From a virus, in the IMG/VR virus record IMGVR_UViG_3300032242_003148, positions 1 through 64,000 of that record: a stretch of DNA of 64,000 bases. One strand, given 5' to 3'. A program made the position numbers and the translations under genes. Positions within the stretch are counted from its first letter, which is position 1, and each line of letters starts with the position of its first letter. The notes beneath the pieces are model-generated. The model ran no database searches. It was not told the DNA's origin and was given only the letters and a program-made list of their open reading frames with translations. Positions 58,024-64,000 of the stretch are shown here, piece after piece.

Positions 58024-59307
58024 ATGAATATCAACGACTTTAATAGCAAAATTAATCTGCCTCGTTTAGTATCCAAACTGGGGTTGAAAGTGGATGATTT
58101 CGATTTTGTAAGAATACCAGTCTTTGGCTGGTTTGCAAGGTCTAAAACCTCTAACTTTGTTGGTACAGTATTTGACTTTTTTGAGGGTAAGGACTGGCCT
58201 ACCCTATATACCACAGTATTAGATAACTTTGATGACTGCTTGGATTTTAAACTTCCTAGGTCTGAATATGCGGAAAGGAAGCTATGGAATAACTATTATC
58301 TACACGCCCAGTATCAAGGGGCATGGCAACTCTCTAAAGAGGAAGCCAAGAACCATAGAGCAAGGCACGGAGATAAGGTTATGTATTTTAAAGATATATT
58401 AACTGTAGGAGGTATGCCTGGGTTCTTAGAGAACGAAGTAGGATACCTCACAGAAAATGTGGTTAAGGCCTTTCCTAAATTGAATCTGGGCCCTAAGCAG
58501 AAGTATAAGAAGGTTTTGCTCATACCTTCATTTGTATCTCCTAAACATATTTGTTCTCTAGAGCTGGCTAAGTTTCAAACACCAGCCGAAAGAGAAAAAC
58601 TATATATGAATGCCGAAATGGGTTGGTATGGTAAAATTGGCTCTGAGGTTCTAGGAGATTTCAATGAGCTAAAAATCAGATCCGGTTTTACCTGGAACTA
58701 CAAGGCTGATTGGTGGACGAACCAACCTATCAAATTATCTGATAGTATTGATACGTCCAGCCTAATCAAAATATGGAGTGAGGCAAAAAGGTCAGAATTT
58801 AAAACAAACCCTATGGATTTACTCATAGGCAAAGAGGGAACCACTAATCTTCATCACTATGTGGCAAACCTATCCTATGAGCAGGTAAAAGAGCTTGGAG
58901 AGCGCTCTGGAGAGGATTTGATGCGCTCCTGGAGAGAATCCAGAGAGCAGCAATTCACTGTGCAGGGTAAAACATTCGTAAGAAGAGGAACCTCATACTT
59001 TCTTGTTAAAGAACGTGAGGAAGAACAACTTACAAATTTTGCACTAGAAATTAACGAAATCCGTAAAAAGACAGAAGATAATGAAGAAGCGTTCTACTGG
59101 AGTGGTATGATTCATCATGGAAATAGCGTTGTGCCTTTCCAGATGAGCGATAAGTTCTTCAATAGCTCACATCTGTTCTCTAAAGGAATTAGAAAGCAGT
59201 TTATGACCTTAGGTATGGGTATACCGTTCATTAACGAAAGATATGTCCGACAGGTGTTAAATATGATTCAACTTACATCATACAAGGTACCTATTATAGC
59301 AGAATAG
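58024..59307 (+). CDS. Hypothetical protein
   Basis: Long ORF divergent from the 57998 gene; likely ATG at 58024. Confidence 0.7.
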   Translation: MNINDFNSKINLPRLVSKLGLKVDDFDFVRIPVFGWFARSKTSNFVGTVFDFFEGKDWPTLYTTVLDNFDDCLDFKLPRSEYAERKLWNNYYLHAQYQGAWQLSKEEAKNHRARHGDKVMYFKDILTVGGMPGFLENEVGYLTENVVKAFPKLNLGPKQKYKKVLLIPSFVSPKHICSLELAKFQTPAEREKLYMNAEMGWYGKIGSEVLGDFNELKIRSGFTWNYKADWWTNQPIKLSDSIDTSSLIKIWSEAKRSEFKTNPMDLLIGKEGTTNLHHYVANLSYEQVKELGERSGEDLMRSWRESREQQFTVQGKTFVRRGTSYFLVKEREEEQLTNFALEINEIRKKTEDNEEAFYWSGMIHHGNSVVPFQMSDKFFNSSHLFSKGIRKQFMTLGMGIPFINERYVRQVLNMIQLTSYKVPIIAE

Positions 59308-59310
59308 GCT

Positions 59311-59346
59311 GACCTCCCCCTAATTTGCGGGGTTTAAGGGGAGGTT
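59311..59346. terminator. Hairpin between convergent genes
   Basis: gacctcccc...ggggaggtt directly after the stop codon. Confidence 0.45.
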
Positions 59347-59432
59347 GCCTGATCCACACCATCCAGCATTAGTGCTATCGTTTTTTTAAACCTTCACACT
59401 ATGGATGCAGGGACAGAGTCAATAGCTGTATG

Positions 59433-59807
59433 TTACCACCAGCTAGAATAATATACTAGTCTTCCTTGACGGATTTCATCTCTGGATTTACGAATAAACT
59501 CCATGTCATCCTCTAATGAATCTTCATCAGGAGGGTTATTTCCAAAGAAGAATCCTGTGGTAGGAGGTAATCCTTCCATCTTAAGGTCTTTTTCTAACCT
59601 ATCCAGATCTTCCATATCTAGATTTACATATTCACAGTTGAACTCTTTGGTTCCGCCTTTCTCTAAATATAGCTTGTGCATCCAACCATGAAGGTCATGA
59701 TGCTTTCTCCAATAGTGTATTTCACTACTATCGTTATTTGGTTTAACTTTTACAGGGCCAAGGGTATCCACGACCTTGTAGCTTCTTGCATACATGTCTA
59801 ATCCCAT
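59433..59807 (-). CDS. Conserved phage hypothetical protein
   Basis: MGLDMY, YWRKH..LHGWM, FNC, LP.T.GFFFG and YYSSWW. Confidence 0.8.
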   Translation of the reverse strand: MGLDMYARSYKVVDTLGPVKVKPNNDSSEIHYWRKHHDLHGWMHKLYLEKGGTKEFNCEYVNLDMEDLDRLEKDLKMEGLPPTTGFFFGNNPPDEDSLEDDMEFIRKSRDEIRQGRLVYYSSWW

Positions 59808-59814
59808 ATGTGTG

Positions 59815-60006
59815 TTATGATTTGGTGTTTGGTTTGGTTTTTACTGCGGCAATATATACTGCCCCTAGTAATGTTTCTTCTGATTCCTTAGCACCGAGTC
59901 TAATCGCTGCCTTGGCATCTTTAATGAGGTTATGTGTGTAGTTTTTGGACAATACTATATTGCCAACTATCAACTGCTCTAATCTATTCAGGTACTTTAC
60001 TTTCAT
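59815..60006 (-). CDS. Hypothetical protein
   Basis: ORF packing. Confidence 0.5.
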   Translation of the reverse strand: MKVKYLNRLEQLIVGNIVLSKNYTHNLIKDAKAAIRLGAKESEETLLGAVYIAAVKTKPNTKS

Positions 60007-60199
60007 CTTTAACGGTCTTTTTGGGTTTGTAGTACATTCCCATATATCCAGCTATTAACTTTTCTTTGTCGAATGTGAGGTCTGGAAATAGCTCCAGGTC
60101 CTCAGCAGCTTTCTTTTTACAATACTTCAAGCATTCCACTTCTGTCATTTTTTCAGTAGCCTTGTAATGGTCTATTTTATTTTCTTTTGTTTTAGTCAT
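59984..60199 (-). CDS. Hypothetical protein
   Basis: Likely start MTKTKE at 60199; the longer upstream extension overlaps a structured RNA candidate. Confidence 0.55.
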   Translation of the reverse strand: MTKTKENKIDHYKATEKMTEVECLKYCKKKAAEDLELFPDLTFDKEKLIAGYMGMYYKPKKTVKDESKVPE

Positions 60200-60221
60200 A
60201 TTGTTTGTTAATAAAAATATA

Positions 60222-60353
60222 CTCATCTGTAGTGTGTTCGAATCCTGTGCTGTCGAATTCCTCCCAATGTCTGGTTCTAAGTCTACTGTAGCAGACCCCA
60301 CTCTGGGTTTTCCGTAAAGGGACGTAGATACACACAAGCACCCTACAGATGAG
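60222..60353 (-). ncRNA. Candidate structured ncRNA
   Basis: Perfect 11 bp terminal stem CTCATCTGTAG/CTACAGATGAG with internal hairpins. Confidence 0.55.
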
Positions 60354-60361
60354 CAAATTGA

Positions 60362-60424
60362 ACGGGGCGCGACTATAGGGCCATCGTCGTTTAATACAAC
60401 CCGACCGCAAAAGGTTGTACCCGC
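60362..60424 (-). ncRNA. Candidate three-way-junction small RNA
   Basis: GCGGG/CCCGT closing stem; hairpins TACAACC/GGTTGTA and CGAC/GTCG. Confidence 0.4.
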
Positions 60425-60426
60425 TA

Positions 60427-60505
60427 GCCAAACTAGGGTAAGCCTTTGTCGTTTACCTAGGAACTTACAGGACGGGGCATGGAGCCCCTTTTCCCCTAGT
60501 TTAGC
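60427..60505 (-). ncRNA. Candidate structured small RNA
   Basis: 12 bp stem GCTAAACTAGGG/CCCTAGTTTGGC whose U-G pair favours the minus strand; GGGGC/GCCCC hairpin; starts 4 nt after tRNA-Tyr. Confidence 0.55.
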
Positions 60506-60509
60506 AAAT

Positions 60510-60594
60510 TGGTGGGTAGAGAAGGACTCGAACCTTCGAACTCCAAGGAGAGGAGATTTACAGTCTCCGGCAATTGCCGCTATGCGATCTACCC
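60510..60594 (-). tRNA. tRNA-Tyr(GTA)
   Basis: GGGTAGA acceptor, GGAGA-CTGTAAA-TCTCC, long variable arm and encoded CCA. Confidence 0.95.
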
Positions 60595-60604
60595 ATTAAA
60601 ATTG

Positions 60605-60677
<73 letters not shown>

Positions 60678-60678
60678 G

Positions 60679-60753
60679 TGGTGCACGATGAGGGGATCGA
60701 ACCCCCGACCTTGCCCGTGTAAAGGGCCTGCTCTACCGCTAAGCTAATCGTGC
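60679..60753 (-). tRNA. tRNA-Val(TAC)
   Basis: GCACGAT/ATCGTGC, anticodon loop TTTACAC and encoded CCA. Confidence 0.93.
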
Positions 60754-60759
60754 ATTAAT

Positions 60760-61200
60760 TTATTTATTTTTAATCTTTTTTGCTCCAGGTGCAACTATTT
60801 TATAACCTAAAGAAGATAAAGTTTTTTTACTACTCTCTATTTTCTCAGCTATCAGTTTAGCGCAACGTTTTTCAATAGCCTTCAAGGTCAATTTAGCTGT
60901 CTTCCATTCAAGCTCGTTTACTTCAAAATAGAAGTCTGAACCTAACTCTGCTAGTTCATAGTCCACAGGTTCTCCATCTGAGTTTCTTTCTAGGATACTG
61001 CACTGATTTCCGCAGGCACAAGTAACCCATTCACTAGACATCTTGATTTCTTTCTTAAAGCGCTTTCTAGCTTCTTTAATATAATCATCAGACATGTCGA
61101 GATAACTTTTTATTTCTTTTGGCTGTTCTGCTATACGCTCGTCTAGGAATTTATTCCAATCAAACTTTTCTTTATTTTTAGTCTCTGAATATGTTTTCAT
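60760..61200 (-). CDS. Hypothetical protein
   Basis: WVTCACG motif; (AC)n leader. Confidence 0.7.
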   Translation of the reverse strand: MKTYSETKNKEKFDWNKFLDERIAEQPKEIKSYLDMSDDYIKEARKRFKKEIKMSSEWVTCACGNQCSILERNSDGEPVDYELAELGSDFYFEVNELEWKTAKLTLKAIEKRCAKLIAEKIESSKKTLSSLGYKIVAPGAKKIKNK

Positions 61201-61293
61201 TTGTGTGTGTGTGTTAAGATTGTGCGAGTTTTATTTTTATCTCATTGGCCTTTACTCGCATTTGCCCTTCAGTTGGGTGCGACCACAACATAT

Positions 61294-61367
61294 TGGCTAC
61301 CCCGCATGGATTTGAACCATGAATGTTAGTGCCAAAAACTAAAGTGTTACCGTTACACTACAGGGTA
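61294..61367 (-). tRNA. tRNA-Gln(TTG)
   Basis: TACCCTG/CGGGGTA-G-CCA; TTAGT-TTTTGGC-ACTAA. Confidence 0.92.
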
Positions 61368-61376
61368 ATTTAAAAT

Positions 61377-61451
61377 TGGCTCCTGATGCTGGGCTCGAAC
61401 CAACAACATGCGAGTTAACAGCTCGCTGCTCTACCATTGAGCTAATCAGGA
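61377..61451 (-). tRNA. tRNA-Asn(GTT)
   Basis: TCCTGAT/ATCAGGA-G-CCA; GCGAG-CTGTTAA-CTCGC. Confidence 0.95.
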
Positions 61452-61455
61452 GTAG

Positions 61456-61639
61456 TTTTGACGGAACGATCCTGCAGAACCTTTTCAACATCCGGGTTAC
61501 CATGGTTAAAGAAGTTACTCAGCACTATTATAGTGTGCCAAACATAAGAGCCCTTCTACCCGACCACACCGGCGCACCTACACCATCGGGGGATGGGGGA
61601 AGGGGCACTCCGGTCGTATTTATGATGCTGCCGTCAAAA
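61456..61639 (-). ncRNA. Candidate ~184 nt structured ncRNA
   Basis: Terminal stem TTTTGACGG/CCGTCAAAA; GC-rich internal helices; abuts tRNA-Asn. Confidence 0.55.
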
Positions 61640-61645
61640 ATCATA

Positions 61646-62275
61646 TTACATATTTCTAAAGATCCAAAATCCTAGCTTGTCTAGGCCTTGGCCTGCTTTT
61701 CTTGAGGTTTTTGCTATGAACCTCCAAGTAGCTGCCCAGTAACCAAAAGATACCTTGTTTAGCACCTTTCTGGTTTTGTTCCATGGATGATTCAGGTCAG
61801 CGTCAAGTCTGGCCCTGAATTCATCATCAGCTTTTTTAACTTCTGCGGCTGTTCTGGTTAGCTCTATTCTGTGGGCTTTAAGTGATAATAACTTACCACC
61901 ATTAAACACAGCCACAAATTCTAGCCACCATTCATTGCCGTCGTTATCGTCTCGCCCTGTGTAGAAATTAACACTCTGGGTAATTTTCTGTTTAACTAAA
62001 GATCTTCCGGTCTCCGTGAATCTAATGTTTGGAAAATACCGGTGCTTCTTCTTTTTAATTTCTTTAATCTCTTTTTCTGACAGCTCCTCGTAAGTTCCTT
62101 CAATTTTTTCTAACAAAAGGTCACCATTCTTTTTGAGGTAATATGTTTGCATACATTCCTCTAGATCTTTCGTCTGGAAATCTACTTTACCCCAATCTTT
62201 ACCCTTAAAAGCTTCTTTGGCTTTCTTGGGCAGGGGCAGGGCTTTTTCTACTATAATGGTATCAAATAATCCCAT
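61646..62275 (-). CDS. Conserved phage hypothetical protein
   Basis: MGLFDTI, FQTKDL and W.EF.A.F..G motifs. Confidence 0.75.
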   Translation of the reverse strand: MGLFDTIIVEKALPLPKKAKEAFKGKDWGKVDFQTKDLEECMQTYYLKKNGDLLLEKIEGTYEELSEKEIKEIKKKKHRYFPNIRFTETGRSLVKQKITQSVNFYTGRDDNDGNEWWLEFVAVFNGGKLLSLKAHRIELTRTAAEVKKADDEFRARLDADLNHPWNKTRKVLNKVSFGYWAATWRFIAKTSRKAGQGLDKLGFWIFRNM

Positions 62276-62276
62276 A

Positions 62277-62483
62277 TTATTCTTTATCCTGGGTGAACCT
62301 AGGATCTTTCTTTAATAGGTGTTTTGGGACTTGGTTTAAAACAATAAGTTTTTCCATCTTTGCGTTAGACACCATTTCTTTCCATTCGTCATCTTTCAAA
62401 CCCTTGGGTCTGTTAGCCATCATTTTTTTAACGTCCCATGTTGGAAGGGATTTAGTAATTTGTTTGGTTTGCCAAATGTGCAT
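62277..62483 (-). CDS. Hypothetical protein
   Basis: ORF packing. Confidence 0.55.
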   Translation of the reverse strand: MHIWQTKQITKSLPTWDVKKMMANRPKGLKDDEWKEMVSNAKMEKLIVLNQVPKHLLKKDPRFTQDKE

Positions 62484-62504
62484 AATTTTATGTGTTAATT
62501 TTAA

Positions 62505-62645
62505 TGATCTGGATGGTCACTACTCCATCACTGTTTTGGTTTCCCTCGGCTTGCAAGCTCGCCCCCGGAATTTCCAGAAGCACAGGGTTGCTGCGGACAA
62601 CTTACCGCGTAGCAAATGTATGTTCTTTTCCATACTGTCAGATCA
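62505..62645. ncRNA. Candidate multibranch ncRNA
   Basis: tgatctg/cagatca closing stem; hairpins gatgg/ccatc, ttgctgcgg/ccgcgtagcaa and gtatg/catac; AT-rich flanks. Confidence 0.45.
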
Positions 62646-62670
62646 AATTTTTATTTATACTGTTGGTTAA

Positions 62671-62973
62671 TTATTGTTCTTCGTATCCTGCGATAATAGC
62701 TGCACAACGGATATAACCGATAGCATCAACGAAGTTATCGCGCTTGGATGTATATACATCCCTGGCCACCTTTAGTAGCATCATCATCATTGCTGCGTCG
62801 TAGGCAGAAATCTCTGCCTCTGGATCTTTTCTAACTGATAGATAAGCATTCCATAGTGTGGATATTCTTTCGTGATTTGGTGCTGGGTGGTCATAGTCTC
62901 TACGACGATCACCAGACGTCAAACGAAGGGCTTCCTCTAGGATGCTTTCTTTTTGTGTGGTAGTTTTACTCAT
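62671..62973 (-). CDS. DUF6378-like protein
   Basis: ILEEA..L..GDR...Y..P...RI..LW.AYL...M.LLK.AR....D...D..GY pattern. Confidence 0.75.
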   Translation of the reverse strand: MSKTTTQKESILEEALRLTSGDRRRDYDHPAPNHERISTLWNAYLSVRKDPEAEISAYDAAMMMMLLKVARDVYTSKRDNFVDAIGYIRCAAIIAGYEEQ

Positions 62974-63006
62974 GGATTTTGACCCTAAGCTAGTATTGCA
63001 GCCCTG

Positions 63007-63228
63007 TCAAACGGATTTCTCGGAATATTTTTCAATAACCTGGTCAGGTCGTTTACCTACCCAAAATATAGCCAAATATGGGGGAGTGTTGTATTGGGCT
63101 ATCTCTTTATAGCTTGTGTTTAATCCTGCTAGGCTGTACGCCCTTTGCATATTCCAGAAGTCATTATAGTTGTCTGCTGTTGCTTCCCACCATTGTGGAA
63201 TTTCTACTGTGGTTTTTTTGTGTGTCAT
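63007..63228 (-). CDS. Hypothetical protein
   Basis: 73 aa ORF with an A/C-rich leader. Confidence 0.5.
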   Translation of the reverse strand: MTHKKTTVEIPQWWEATADNYNDFWNMQRAYSLAGLNTSYKEIAQYNTPPYLAIFWVGKRPDQVIEKYSEKSV

Positions 63229-63256
63229 GTGTTTTATGTTGATAGCTAAAAATTAG

Positions 63257-63337
63257 AGCTCAGGACAGGACTTAAAATACTCCACGTGCCATTGGAGCAT
63301 ACGCCTAATACCAGAGGGTTATTGGTTGTCCTGAGCT
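63257..63337. ncRNA. Candidate structured small RNA
   Basis: Perfect 11 bp stem agctcaggaca/tgtcctgagct enclosing two hairpins. Confidence 0.5.
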
Positions 63338-63608
63338 AGAATCACATTAGCCCTATATAGGCTATGTGGCAAATAAAATTTTCCGGATTGTGTTAGTCAC
63401 TGCCGGACCAGTGCTCCCAAGCCTGAGTGTGTCAGATTTAGAAAATGGTTAATGGTTGTTACTTTATAGGGCTAGAATAAATCTACAGGTTTGGACCCCT
63501 TTGAATTATTCTATCTGTTATTTTTTTGGGCGGGAAAGATATGATATCTCGCGGCCACAGACGGTTGTAACATTAATGATTTAACCGATAAAATACATTA
63601 CCAAATTT

Positions 63609-63767
63609 TCCCAGTAGTTGTAGCTCCTAGATGGTTGATTTCCTTTGTTCTCACATTCATCACCTGTATGCCTATGAGAGGATGTATCGTTTATCTTCAG
63701 GATTTCCACGTATACACACGGCGGCTGACGTGCTTCTCAGTGTGGGTTTTATATACAACTACTGGGA
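63609..63767. ncRNA. Candidate ~160 nt structured ncRNA
   Basis: Perfect 14 bp stem tcccagtagttgta/tacaactactggga in a region with no long ORF. Confidence 0.55.
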
Positions 63768-64000
63768 TAAAAAGTGTTCCTCCACCCGCAGCTAGCTTCT
63801 CTCCCCCATGATGACTAGTCATGTTTCTTATTACTCATGCCTGATATAATAGAGGGATTACACGTGCAGGGAACTGCGGTCTCTTTCGCTTTAACGATAA
63901 CTGTAGTCGTGCAGTATTCGTCAAGCTATGAGCAAGGGGAGCGACCTCACCCTAGGAGGAAAATTAATTGACCTATTCGCCCAAAACGTCTTCGGTCTAC

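Noticed and set aside
60192-60431. 79 aa ORF and the upstream extension of 59984..60337
   Set aside because: Both overlap stem-closed RNA candidates; a better ATG with an A/C-rich leader lies at 60199.
60427-60505. Hammerhead ribozyme
   Set aside because: GAAA and GTC are present, but there is no CUGANGA core in the right topology.
61376-61675. 99 aa + strand ORF (MAPDAGLEPTT...)
   Set aside because: It is the antisense reading of tRNA-Asn and the adjacent structured RNA candidate.
63240-64000. tmRNA or RNase P RNA
   Set aside because: No Ala-type acceptor/T-arm ends and no GAGGAAAGUCC or ACAGAA..CGGC signatures were found by eye.

Overview
This 64 kb window is an AT-rich segment of a large, probably jumbo, tailed-phage genome read in the standard code. 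Left arm (+ strand, 1-18979): repeat-rich fibre/adhesin genes, LamG and Ig-like virion proteins including a ~2345 aa giant, two glycosyltransferase-like genes, and a lysis cassette with a GH108 endolysin. Middle (- strand, ~19-52 kb): replication and recombination genes (RuvC-like resolvase, RecA/UvsX, SSB candidate, UDG-fused family A DNA polymerase with divergent motifs, DnaB helicase, primase, SF2 helicase, SbcCD) and a Ycf46-AAA/DUF3150/DUF1257/DUF2997 module. Right end: a gpA-type terminase, a second AAA ATPase and six tRNA genes. Two features stand out. (1) A candidate phage-encoded ubiquitin-like conjugation system sits among the replication genes: an 87 aa Ubl precursor ending in -GG-SK, a JAB/MPN protease, a ThiF/E1 enzyme and a 690 aa protein with a possible carrier Cys. 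(2) About ten compact, non-tRNA structured RNA candidates are interleaved with the tRNA genes at 60.2-63.9 kb. All family assignments come from motif recognition by eye; no searches or folding programs were run.
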